Positions 31,212 to 41,200 of a stretch of DNA of 64,000 nucleotides are shown here, piece by piece. The notes under the pieces were generated by a model, which worked only from the letters and a program-made list of their open reading frames with translations, searched no databases and had not been told where the DNA came from. The stretch is taken from contig JBOFUV010000097.1 of NCBI GenBank assembly GCA_051652765.1, forward strand, positions 58,784 through 122,783, in the 5' to 3' direction. Both the position numbers and the translations under genes were made by a program. The first letter of the stretch is position 1, and each line of letters starts with the position of its first letter. Source of the DNA: Microcoleaceae cyanobacterium (GTDB lineage Bacteria; Cyanobacteriota; Cyanobacteriia; Cyanobacteriales; Microcoleaceae).

Positions 31212-32660
31212 ATGACTGTTAGAGTTCGTCTTGCCCCCAGTCCAACTGGAAATTTGCATATTGGCACAGCTAGAACAGGGGTATTTAACTGGCTATTTGC
31301 GCGTCATCTGGGTGGAACATTTATCCTCCGCATTGAAGACACGGATTTAGAGCGATCGCGCCCAGAATATACCCAGAATATTCTTGAGGGCTTGAAATGG
31401 TTAGGATTGACTTGGGATGAGGGGCCATTTTTTCAGTCAGACCGTCTCGAACTCTATCGTCAGCCGATCCAATCGTTGCTAGACCAAGGCTTAGCCTATC
31501 ACTGTTACTGCACTTCGGAAGAATTGGACGAAATGCGGGAAGCCCAAAACGCTAGAGGAGAAGCCCCGCGATATGACAACCGCCACCGTCACCTCCCGCC
31601 GGAACAACAGGCGGCCTTTGCAGCCGAGGGACGCAAGCCTGTAATTCGCTTCAAAATTGACGATGACCGGGAAATTGTTTGGAAAGACTTGGTGCGAGGA
31701 ACGGTGGCTTGGCAGGGCAAAGATCTGGGTGGAGACATGGTAATCGCTCGGGCAGCGGCAGGAGGTGAAATCGGTCAGCCGTTGTACAACTTCGTTGTCG
31801 TTGTCGATGATATTGACATGGGGATTACTCACATCATTCGGGGGGAAGATCATGTTGGCAATACTCCGAAGCAGATTTTGCTCTATGAAGCCTTAGGAGC
31901 AATGATTCCAGAATTTGCCCACACCCCCTTGATCTTGAGTCCTGATGGACGCAAATTGTCCAAACGGGATGGTGTCACTTCAATTTCTGACTTTCAACGC
32001 CTGGGTTATATGCCAGAAGCCTTAGGGAACTATATGTCTTTGCTAGGCTGGACTCCCCCAGATTCTACGCAAGAAATCTTTACATTGACTGAGGCAGCTC
32101 AGAAGTTCAGTTTTGAGCGGGTAAACAAGGCTGGGGCAAAATTTGACTGGGATAAGCTAGATTGGTTGAATAGTCAGTATATTCATCAACTGCCAGCCCA
32201 GCAGCTCACTGATTTGCTGATTCCTTACTGGCAAGAGGCTGGCTATGAATTTGACCCCCAAGGCGATCGCCCGTGGCTAGAGCAGCTTGCTACTTTGCTT
32301 GGCCCCAGCCTGGTTCGGCTTAAGGACGCAACTGAAGAGAGTCGATTGTTCTTCAATTCAATCATTCCCTTGGATGAAGAAGCTGAGGCTCAGTTGTCTC
32401 AAGATGGAGCCGCAACTGTAATTCAGGCAATCGATGAGAAAGTCAAAGCCAGTCCGACTTTTACCCTAGAGCAGGCCAAGGGCATTGTCAGCGAAGTCAC
32501 CCAAGAGACTCAGTTGAAAAAAGGATTAATCATGCGATCGCTCAGAGCCACCTTAATGGGATCGATGCATGGCCCAGATCTAATGGAATCTTGGTTGCTA
32601 TTACATCAGCGGGGATTCGATCAAATTCGCTTTCAAACTGTACTTAATCACTTTACTTAA
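31212..32660 (+). CDS. gltX: Glutamate--tRNA ligase
   Basis: [13 protein letters not shown] (HIGH), RGEDH, KLSKR (KMSKS). Confidence 0.97.
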   Translation: MTVRVRLAPSPTGNLHIGTARTGVFNWLFARHLGGTFILRIEDTDLERSRPEYTQNILEGLKWLGLTWDEGPFFQSDRLELYRQPIQSLLDQGLAYHCYCTSEELDEMREAQNARGEAPRYDNRHRHLPPEQQAAFAAEGRKPVIRFKIDDDREIVWKDLVRGTVAWQGKDLGGDMVIARAAAGGEIGQPLYNFVVVVDDIDMGITHIIRGEDHVGNTPKQILLYEALGAMIPEFAHTPLILSPDGRKLSKRDGVTSISDFQRLGYMPEALGNYMSLLGWTPPDSTQEIFTLTEAAQKFSFERVNKAGAKFDWDKLDWLNSQYIHQLPAQQLTDLLIPYWQEAGYEFDPQGDRPWLEQLATLLGPSLVRLKDATEESRLFFNSIIPLDEEAEAQLSQDGAATVIQAIDEKVKASPTFTLEQAKGIVSEVTQETQLKKGLIMRSLRATLMGSMHGPDLMESWLLLHQRGFDQIRFQTVLNHFT

Positions 32661-32686
32661 TTACTGATATTCCGGAGACTGAGATC

Positions 32687-33757
32687 ATGACAGACTCTTC
32701 CAAGCCAAAAAGAACAGCACCCAAAGGATTTGGAGCTTCTAGTTCCAAGCCCGAACCTGAAACTCCTGAGATTGAAACTCCTGAGGACGGTTCCGCTTTT
32801 GAGGTTGAGTTAGATTCTACCCCGACCCAATCTGAGATCCCTCAAACTGAAGCGCCTGCAGTTCAGTTTATACAACCAGACCCCCAGCCTGCTGAGGATG
32901 AAGCCGCTCAACCCTGGGAGGAACAGGTTCAGGCTGTTGCTCTCCAACTTGGCGTTGATCATCCAGTTGAGGTTCAATCCCTTGAGTCAGGGGTAGAGTT
33001 TTCAACGGTGACTAGAGAAGAACCTGTAGAGGCACTATCCTATGATGCTTACCCTACAGAGATACAATCTGCTGACTTCAGTTCCAAATCTGTAGAATCT
33101 GAATCTGTAGAATCTGAATCTGTAGAACCTGAATCTGTAGAACCTGCTCTTGAACTTTCCTCTGTCGTTCCATCAGAATTGAGTGAGTCAAACACAACCC
33201 CAACTGCGGAACCCGTGGTTAAATCAGAGCCAAATTCGCCTAAAATAGCTGAACCTGTGCTTAAATCAGAACCGATAGCAGCTAGAGCGCCAGAGCCTAT
33301 GGCCGAGCCTGCGCTTTCTGCTTCCCCGGTTGTTAATGTTAAAATGGAGCCGCCTATGTCTCTCGAATCTTCTCAGAAAGAGTTGGAAAAAGGATTAGAT
33401 TCCATTAAGGATGATTTGGAATCAGCGAAGGATGAATTAGAAACCGTCAAGGACAAAGTTGCCAGATTTCTTGCAGATCTCCCGGAAAATGTCGGGAACT
33501 TCTTCAATGAGTACCAACGTCCTTTGATTACGGTTGGGCTTCTATTAGCACTCTTAATTACCCTGAGAGTTCTAATTGGTTTAGTGAATGTTCTGAATGG
33601 CATTCCTCTGGTGAAGCCGACGTTTCAAGCCATTGGTCTAGGCTATTCAGGTTGGTTCATCTATCGCTATCTACTGCGGTCAGAAACTCGTCAAGAGCTG
33701 TCTCAAAAATGGCAGTCTTTCAAGGATGATGTAGTTGGCCAAAGTCAGAGTCTCTAG
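32687..33757 (+). CDS. CAAD/CURT1-like domain protein with long acidic N-terminus
   Basis: E/P/S-rich region, coiled coil, two TMs with NGIPLV..FQAIGLGYSGWFIYRYLL..RQEL; ggaga RBS. Confidence 0.85.
   Translation: MTDSSKPKRTAPKGFGASSSKPEPETPEIETPEDGSAFEVELDSTPTQSEIPQTEAPAVQFIQPDPQPAEDEAAQPWEEQVQAVALQLGVDHPVEVQSLESGVEFSTVTREEPVEALSYDAYPTEIQSADFSSKSVESESVESESVEPESVEPALELSSVVPSELSESNTTPTAEPVVKSEPNSPKIAEPVLKSEPIAARAPEPMAEPALSASPVVNVKMEPPMSLESSQKELEKGLDSIKDDLESAKDELETVKDKVARFLADLPENVGNFFNEYQRPLITVGLLLALLITLRVLIGLVNVLNGIPLVKPTFQAIGLGYSGWFIYRYLLRSETRQELSQKWQSFKDDVVGQSQSL
33089..33145 (+). repeat. 15-bp coding tandem repeat, about 4 units (SVESE/SVEPE)
   Basis: tctgtagaatctgaa units. Confidence 0.85.
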
Positions 33758-33828
33758 GATTTAATAGCCCAGTGTATGTATTGCAATAAATCCCCTCGGT
33801 TTTCTAGGGGATTTTAAAATAGGAACCC

Positions 33829-34359
33829 ATGACATCAAATAGAGGGAAGTTTAATCGGATAGGAGTTAAGCGGATAGGGCTTAAGCTGGTGATTGTTCTG
33901 GGAAGTGTGTTTCTCAGCTCTCTTGCTCTGGCTCAATCTCCTAAGTCAGACCCAATCCCAATGTTTGAAAACGTTACACTTTCACCTAATTTTTCACCGA
34001 ATCCGTTGACTGTTCGAGGGTTAAGTGGAGGGCCAGTGACTTCAGAGAAAACAGCGGGTCGGGCTAAAACGCCTACAGGCCCCTGCATTGGTTATGTCGA
34101 TGAAAAACCTGACCACACCCTGGTTCTAACAGGGTTTTTTCAATATCTGAGCCTTCAGGTCAAGAGTAGTGCAGATACGGTCTTGGTCATTCGGGGGCCA
34201 GGGGGGAGTTGGTGCAATGATGACTACACTGATATGAATCCAGGAATTGCTGGGCAGTGGCTCTCTGGAACCTATGAAGTTTGGGTGGGTTCCTACAAGT
34301 CCAATGACTACCACCCCTACGTGATTAAAATTACGGATATCCCTCAGGCCCAAAACTAG
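33829..34359 (+). CDS. Exported hypothetical protein (PPC-like beta domain)
   Basis: Signal peptide; [37 protein letters not shown]. Confidence 0.7.
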   Translation: MTSNRGKFNRIGVKRIGLKLVIVLGSVFLSSLALAQSPKSDPIPMFENVTLSPNFSPNPLTVRGLSGGPVTSEKTAGRAKTPTGPCIGYVDEKPDHTLVLTGFFQYLSLQVKSSADTVLVIRGPGGSWCNDDYTDMNPGIAGQWLSGTYEVWVGSYKSNDYHPYVIKITDIPQAQN

Positions 34360-34448
34360 CCCCAGTCCAAAGGTCAATGTTGCTGACTTAGGGCTTTCAC
34401 AGGTCTAAAGCCTGAGGTAATCCGTTCTGCATCTATTTGTGCTGCCGA

Positions 34449-35720
34449 TCACACGAGTTGAGCTAGGGCTGCTCCTAAGGCTTGAATCCCTTGATCAACC
34501 TCTGCTTCGGTGACAATCAATGGCGGCACAAATCGGACAACCTTTGGCCCAGCCGGAACTAGCAGTAACCCTTTTGTCATCGCAACTCCGACAATTTCTG
34601 GAGCCGTCAGTTCAGCCTCATCCCTAAGTACCAAGCCATTGATCAAGCCCCAACCTCGAACTTCACTAATCAGGCTTGGGTATTTGCTAGCAAAAGTTTG
34701 CAATTGCTGACGCAGTTGTTCTCCTCGCTGTTGGACATTCTGTAACAGGTTCTCTTGTTCCAGAGTTTGGCACACGGCCAAAGCTACGGCACAAGCAAAA
34801 GGATTCCCCCCAAAGGTACTGGCGTGATTCCCAGGTTCAAACACATCACAGGATGCCTTGCACAACAACGCCCCGATGGGAATTCCGCCGCCCAAGCCCT
34901 TGGCCGAGGTAAAGAGATCAGGTTCAATGCCTAGGTTCTCATAGCCCCAAAGTTGACCACTCCGACCCATGCCCACCTGAACCTCATCCAAAATCAGCAG
35001 AATCCCCTTCTCATTGCAGATCTGCCGTACCCGTTGAAAATAGGCCAAATCACCTGGACGAACGCCCCCTTCCCCTTGAAGAGCTTCCAGCATAATTGCA
35101 GCCACTTGGCGTTGGTGCTGATCGAGGTCAGCAATTGTGGCTTCAAGGGCATCAATATCGTTGTAGGGAACGTAGGCAAAACCAGGAACGAGGGGACTGA
35201 ATCCTTTATGATACTTGGGTTGCCCGGTGGCTGTAACCGTTGCTAGGGTTCGTCCATGGAAACTGGCATGGGCTGTTAGAATCACGGGATTCTCAATGCC
35301 TAGTTTCTCGTGGGCATATTTGCGAGCCAGCTTAATCGCCCCTTCATTGGCTTCTGCACCGGAATTACAGAAGAACACTTTATCAGCACAGGAATGGGCC
35401 GTGAGCCACTTGGCCAGTGCTCCCTGCTCCCGAGTGTAGTAGAGATTAGAGACATGGTGTAGGGTATTGATCTGACGGGTGACAGCTGCAACTAAAGCGG
35501 GGTGAGCATGTCCCAAGGTACAGGTTGCAATTCCTGCCACGAAGTCCAAGTAGGGTTTCCCCTCCGTATCCCAGACCCAACATCCGACTCCTCGCTCTAA
35601 CGCAATTGGAAACCGCGCGTAGGTTGTCATTACAGAGGCGTTGAAGTCATCCTGATCAAAGGGTAGAGACTCAACAGCAGGAACAGGAAGTTTAACCAAG
35701 GTTTCTGGACTCACGGGCAA
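34449..35720 (-). CDS. argD: Acetylornithine aminotransferase
   Basis: YLDFVAGIA, NSGAEANE, FHGRT, DEVQVGMGR, AKGLGGG, HASTFGGNP. Confidence 0.93.
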   Translation of the reverse strand: MPVSPETLVKLPVPAVESLPFDQDDFNASVMTTYARFPIALERGVGCWVWDTEGKPYLDFVAGIATCTLGHAHPALVAAVTRQINTLHHVSNLYYTREQGALAKWLTAHSCADKVFFCNSGAEANEGAIKLARKYAHEKLGIENPVILTAHASFHGRTLATVTATGQPKYHKGFSPLVPGFAYVPYNDIDALEATIADLDQHQRQVAAIMLEALQGEGGVRPGDLAYFQRVRQICNEKGILLILDEVQVGMGRSGQLWGYENLGIEPDLFTSAKGLGGGIPIGALLCKASCDVFEPGNHASTFGGNPFACAVALAVCQTLEQENLLQNVQQRGEQLRQQLQTFASKYPSLISEVRGWGLINGLVLRDEAELTAPEIVGVAMTKGLLLVPAGPKVVRFVPPLIVTEAEVDQGIQALGAALAQLV

Positions 35721-35889
35721 TTCCTCAACAACTGATCTAAACGGTTTTGGCCTGAATAATTTCGTTGCCCTTTATCTTAAAGGAAAAATCCAAGTTCGGG
35801 GTGTTGAATCTGTGACGTTTCTCAGACATTTCTTAGACATTTCTCAGACGTTCTTCATCTGAGTGAAGCCTGTAGAGTTAGTGCTGTAC

Positions 35890-36052
35890 TTGGAAGTCGC
35901 TGTTTCCTAATGCCTTGCCCCTGATCAGATGGCGCGGTTCCACCCTCGTTGTTCCAGAGTTCGGGTAACGTATGAATTCAAAAATAACCCCCGCTTACGC
36001 TAACGCACAGCATAAACACGGGGCTTTTCAGCTCACAGCCCACTCCATCTCC
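35890..36052 (-). ncRNA. ssrS: Probable 6S RNA
   Basis: Rod-like pairing ggagtgggctgt/acagcgacttcc, gcccc/ggggc, atgctgtgcgtt/aaccgcgccat with internal bubbles; G-U wobbles favour the minus strand; resembles recalled cyanobacterial 6S; ends approximate. Confidence 0.7.
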
Positions 36053-36145
36053 TTTCTGAATGTGGAAAGTTCTGAATGGGGAGAATTTTGCCTCCGCTGT
36101 GATCAAACTACGACTGTCAATGAACTCTTCCCAGGGAAATTGAAC

Positions 36146-36298
36146 TTACAGATCTCCACCCCGAAAAGCCAGCAAAACTACAACCACAGGGCCAGCAATC
36201 ACGATCAACGCTAACATGGTGAGCTGAGCAATGAGTTCAAAATTGACATTGCTGAATATATCAGCAAAGTTACTGAGCAAATTAGTAATAAAGTCCAT
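36146..36298 (-). CDS. psb30: Photosystem II protein Psb30 (Ycf12)
   Basis: Manual translation [50 protein letters not shown]; ggagg RBS. Confidence 0.93.
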   Translation of the reverse strand: MDFITNLLSNFADIFSNVNFELIAQLTMLALIVIAGPVVVVLLAFRGGDL

Positions 36299-36511
36299 TT
36301 TTCCTCCCAAAATATGACCCAAAAGCCCTGGATTTACTCCAGATTACTAGAACCAACAGTAGATCCTACAGGCGATCGCAATGGTTTCTAAGAATTTTCA
36401 CAAAATGCAACAGAGGGTTGGGCAAGGCTGCGATCACTGGAATTTATGAGCTACGGAATAGCGATAAAATGACTAGCAACTTGCTAAAAACCGGCCCCTA
36501 AGCCTGTAACC

Positions 36512-38152
36512 ATGTCCTCAACATCATCGTCCCCAACATCATCCCCGGCTTCACTAGACCGCATTGCTTTTTGGGCATTGTGTCTTGCCCTATTCGTGAT
36601 TTCTTACAACATTAGTGTCATACCGCCGATTATGCCCTTGCTGGTGCGGGACTTGGACTCAAGCATGGGCTATATTCAGATTGTCATTGTCTTGTTTTCT
36701 TTGGTGACGGCCTCTTTTTCGCCAACCTGTGAAAACCTCTGTCGCTTCTACGGTCGGGAACAGGTATTTTTGACTGGATTAGTCTTTTATGGCTTAGGAA
36801 TTCTCTGGACAGCGATGAGTTCGACAATTGGCGTGCTGGTTGTTGGTTTTTCATTCCTGACTGGATTGGCTGCGACCCCTTTGGTGAGCGAACCCTGGGC
36901 GATCATGGATCTGGCCTATGAGGGGAAAGCAGAAAAACGAGCGACTCTGGCCCTGATTTTGTTCTCTACCTGTGGTGGATTGGCTGGATCAATTCTAGGA
37001 GGGTTTATTGCTTCTAAGGTGGGTTGGCGTTGGGCGTTTATGCCTTCTTTATTAATCCTAGTCTTTGTGGCGGTTGGGGCAAGAAAGTTGCCGCCTAGTC
37101 CAGTCGTTCGTACAGATCCGATTGATTGGATTGGTGGATTGTTGTCTTTGCTTGGATTGGGGTCAATTCTTATGGGGATTAGTCTGGCTGGAGAATATGG
37201 CTGGTGGTTCCCCAAAGAAGTTTTTGAGATCGCTGGGGTGGTGATTCCGCCGTTTGCAATCTCGATTGTGCCAACCCTGATTGCGGTGGGAATTGTTTGT
37301 TTGGGTCTACTCCTGTTTTGGCAACGACAACAGGTGACTCAAGCTGGAGTGCCTCTAGTCCGAGTGGGATTGTTGCGGCGGCGAACATTTATATTAGGTT
37401 TGGGGGTCGCGATGTTACATACCTTAATCACCACCGGCGTGCAGTTTAATCTCTATCAATTCTTGCCTGCCATGCTTCCTCTGAACCCGTTTCAGACTGC
37501 CATTGCGATTTTACCCTACAACTTAACTCTGGTGGTTGTTTTAATTGTCCTGCTTCTGGTTTTAAAGATCGATGATCAGATCCCGCCGAAGTACAACATT
37601 TATCTGGGGCTATCCTTGTTGATCATAGGACTAGGGTTACTCCGCCGAGCCATTGATGGAGACTTGGCAGCAACTCATTTGATTCCAGGCTTGGTAACCA
37701 TGGGGATTGGGTCAGCTTTTTTCCTGGCTTATATTGGCCCTCTAACTTATTCAGCCGCTACCCGGCAAGAAAAACCTGAAGGGACAGGAATTTATAGCCC
37801 GATGCAGCGGTTGGCGAGTTCTCTGGGGCGAGGCATTTTAGGAACACTGCTGATCTCTTTCACTTCCAAGGGGATTGTGGATCGGGTTCTAGCTGTTTTA
37901 GGCCAAGAATTTTCTCCGACTCAGCGCCAAGAGGCTATTATTCATTTGGAACGGATCATTCAGACGTATTCCGAAGAAGCAAGACGGGCCGAATTTGCGA
38001 ATCTGCCTGACAAGGTACAGCCTGCTTTAGAAAATATTATTCAGACTTCAGCAGTGGATGGAATTCATGGTTCTCTGTTTGTAGCCTTAAGTTTCGCTAT
38101 AATTTGTTTTCTAATTGCCACATTTCTGCCAAAGTATATTAGACAGAAATAG
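36512..38152 (+). CDS. MFS transporter (DHA2-like, about 14 TM)
   Basis: GGFIASKVGWRWAF, DWIGGLL, many TM segments. Confidence 0.88.
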   Translation: MSSTSSSPTSSPASLDRIAFWALCLALFVISYNISVIPPIMPLLVRDLDSSMGYIQIVIVLFSLVTASFSPTCENLCRFYGREQVFLTGLVFYGLGILWTAMSSTIGVLVVGFSFLTGLAATPLVSEPWAIMDLAYEGKAEKRATLALILFSTCGGLAGSILGGFIASKVGWRWAFMPSLLILVFVAVGARKLPPSPVVRTDPIDWIGGLLSLLGLGSILMGISLAGEYGWWFPKEVFEIAGVVIPPFAISIVPTLIAVGIVCLGLLLFWQRQQVTQAGVPLVRVGLLRRRTFILGLGVAMLHTLITTGVQFNLYQFLPAMLPLNPFQTAIAILPYNLTLVVVLIVLLLVLKIDDQIPPKYNIYLGLSLLIIGLGLLRRAIDGDLAATHLIPGLVTMGIGSAFFLAYIGPLTYSAATRQEKPEGTGIYSPMQRLASSLGRGILGTLLISFTSKGIVDRVLAVLGQEFSPTQRQEAIIHLERIIQTYSEEARRAEFANLPDKVQPALENIIQTSAVDGIHGSLFVALSFAIICFLIATFLPKYIRQK

Positions 38153-38208
38153 CTCATCACTCCGCCTAAGAGCTTACATCACTAGAAATCAGTTCACCAG
38201 GGAGATGA

Positions 38209-41200
38209 ATGATGCCTGAACCGGTTGCAAATACGTTGTTTGATCTCATTAGGGGTGCCTTTGCCCTCAATTCAGAAGCCTTCCAACAGATTGCTGACTT
38301 GCCGAATGTAGTATCTGCACTTGTTGTTGTGTTACTGGCAGAAATCTCCCTGGGAATAGGCGAAAGCATTGTCCTGTTTATTAACCGAGTCAAACCAGGT
38401 CGTTTTATTCTCAGCTTATTTGTGAATGCGGTGCTATTCACTCTGGGTTTTTTGTTTCTGGTGTTCAGTACTTGGTTGATTTGTCAGTTGCCCTGGTCAG
38501 TGAAGGTATCTTTCTCAGATTTGGTGAAAGAGTTTGGGTTTAGTTATGCGCCGTTACTATTTGGTTTTTTAGGGGCTCTGCCCTATTTGGGGGTGCCAAT
38601 CTTGAACCTGCTCTCGATCTGGCGACTGTTGGCCATGGTAGTTGGATTTGCTACGCTTGCTGGGGTTGGAGCAGAAACGGCCTTTGGCTATGTAGTCATT
38701 GGTTGGATTGCCCTGCAAGTATTTGAAAAAACCTTAGGGCAACCCATTGTTCGCTTGTTCAAACAAATCTCAGATCGGGCGGCTGGCGTAAAATTGGATC
38801 GAGGTCGAGCCGGATTACGAAACCGGGTGCAATCTGACCTTTGGGATGTCTCAACCCCGATGCAGAAGGGTGACCCAATGCATCAGGGTGATCGGACGAC
38901 GTTGCTAGAGGTTGAACAGTTGATTCGATCTGCGAATCGGTCTCACCCTGAGGCCGCTCAAGCCGTTGCTCAAAGCATTCAGAATATAACCCAACTTGAG
39001 GGAACGGGTTCTAAACCCTCTAAACCAACCCGAAAGCCACAAAATTACGTCATTCAAACAGTAGACACAAATGATCCAGTCGTTCAGCTCAATCAAAGCA
39101 CTCGCAACATTCCTCACCTGATTAAGCTGGCTCTATCTCTGCTGGCGATGGCAATTCTGTTCATGGTAATTGCCATTCTCCTAAAACCCATTCGGAATAA
39201 TTTGTTTGGCTGGCTTGAGAACTTGCCTGGGATTTTGTTACTAGTTTTTAACCTGGTTTGGATTGGGGTGGTCGCGATTGTATTTGCGGGACTCTTGGCT
39301 CCTCTAGAAACCTTGGGTTGGTGGGCGGGTTGGTACGGGGATGGAGTCAATACCTTGGGGACAGGGATTGGGTTGCAAAGTCAATCTTTAGGACAAGCAA
39401 CTGCTGATGCTGATGACGCTTCAGAGGTCAGTCATTACATTGTCTACCTGGATGGTATTGGTCAATCGGGAGAAACTTACACCCCTGATGTAGAGGAATT
39501 CTTAGACGCATTACAAGTTTCTCTGCCGCCAGATACAAAACTGATCCAGGGGTTGATGATGTATTCCGTCCTGAACAAACCCCTTAATGAAGACCGTCCC
39601 CTCGCCTTTTTCTGGCGATTAGCGGACAAGATGCGGCTTGCCAATCCTGCGGCGTTGCTGGGAGTTCTGCTCAACCTACGAAACGTTTTAATTGTGGCGG
39701 TTTCGGCGGACAAACGTTATGGCCCGATCTACAACCAAGGGATTGCCCAAGTGCTCTACGACGGTTTAATTCAAGAGGGATATCAGCCGGGAAGTGGAAC
39801 ATCGATTACCCTGATTGGCTACAGTGGCGGCGGAGAAATGTCAGTGGCCGCTGCACCCTACTTGAGGCGGGCCATGGGAACAGCGATTGAGGTGATTTCC
39901 CTGGGGGGAGTCATGAGCGCCAACAATAACTTCCTGAAGTTAGAACATCTCTATCATTTAGTGGGAGACCAGGACACGGTAGAACAGATCGGCCCGATTA
40001 TATTTCCAGGGCGCTGGAAGGTATTTCCCTTGTCTTACTGGAATCGGGCGAAACGCAAAGGCAAAATTACGATTTTTTCTCTGGGCCCTGTGGGACACCA
40101 AGTTCCGGGGGGAATGCTAGATCCCAATGCATTCCTCCTGGACGGTCGCAGCAACTTGCAACAAACCATTGAGGTGATTCTAGCAATCCTACAGGGGGAA
40201 GCCTTAGTGACTGAGGACTCTATCCCTCGGAAACCCAGCAATTACTCCCGATATAAACAGGCAGAATTTACCCATCCAGAGTTCTACCCGATTGATCAAA
40301 CTGTTGATTTGAACTGGTATCAGCCCATTGGCAACTGGATGGGTCGGTTGATTTTGCCCAAACCAGAAGAACGCCAAAAACTGCGGGGGATCTGGATTGA
40401 AGTTCACTACGCTCCTGTTGCTTACCAGAATCTAGTTGGGCAAGTGGTAAAACTGGGATGGATTAATGAGCCTTGGATTAAAAAATTAGTGACGGCTGTC
40501 ACCAAAGACATTCACTTTAGCGCGGATGCAGAATTTAGCAGTAAGTATGGTGGCTTAGTGCATCCCGATCGTTTGAACCACTGGCGACGGGTTGGGCCTT
40601 TAGAGTCCTTGGCAGGATCGCGTCCGATGGATGACTTGATCGTGATGTTGCTGGGGGAGGTGATTGTAGAATATACAGCCGCTGTGCTTCAAGGCAGTCC
40701 GGCAACGCCGACCCTCCGAATTGCTAGCCAACCGATGGAAATTTCAGGACGGTACTACAGCGTTGTGCAGTTTATCGAACCCACGGGAACTGAACAATTC
40801 CGGGTGCGCCACTTCAACAAAGCGTCCCGTCAGTTCGATGGCTTGGAAGAGGTTGTGATGATGCCCCAGGTCATGGCTGATGAGAATGGGTGTTTTCCTT
40901 CCACAAGTCGTGACCTGGAGAAAGGGGCCTTAAATGAGCAGGGCTGGTACATCTATGGCGCTAAAAATCAGACGGGGCAATTTGTGGTTCAGTCCCTAGC
41001 TCCTCGAGATCTTTTCACCGTCCATCCTCAAGAAATTGTGTTTGGTGGCAAGCAAGGGTATAGCTATATTCGTAATCAAGCTTGGTCAAATATTGTTGCC
41101 CAGAAAGGCAAGATCAGTTCTGTCTTGATTAGCCCCCAAGAGGTCGGGATTCAAGCTGCGATTGACCAATGGCAAGTTGGCGATCGTGCCCTCGTACTTC

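Noticed and set aside
35931..35950. T-box-like motif AACGAGGGTGGAACCGCG on the minus strand upstream of argD
   Set aside because: No 3' strand to close an antiterminator, no terminator or stem I visible, and the motif is already paired within the 6S-like rod
35972..36214. 80-aa ORF on the plus strand
   Set aside because: Antisense shadow over psb30 and the 6S-like RNA
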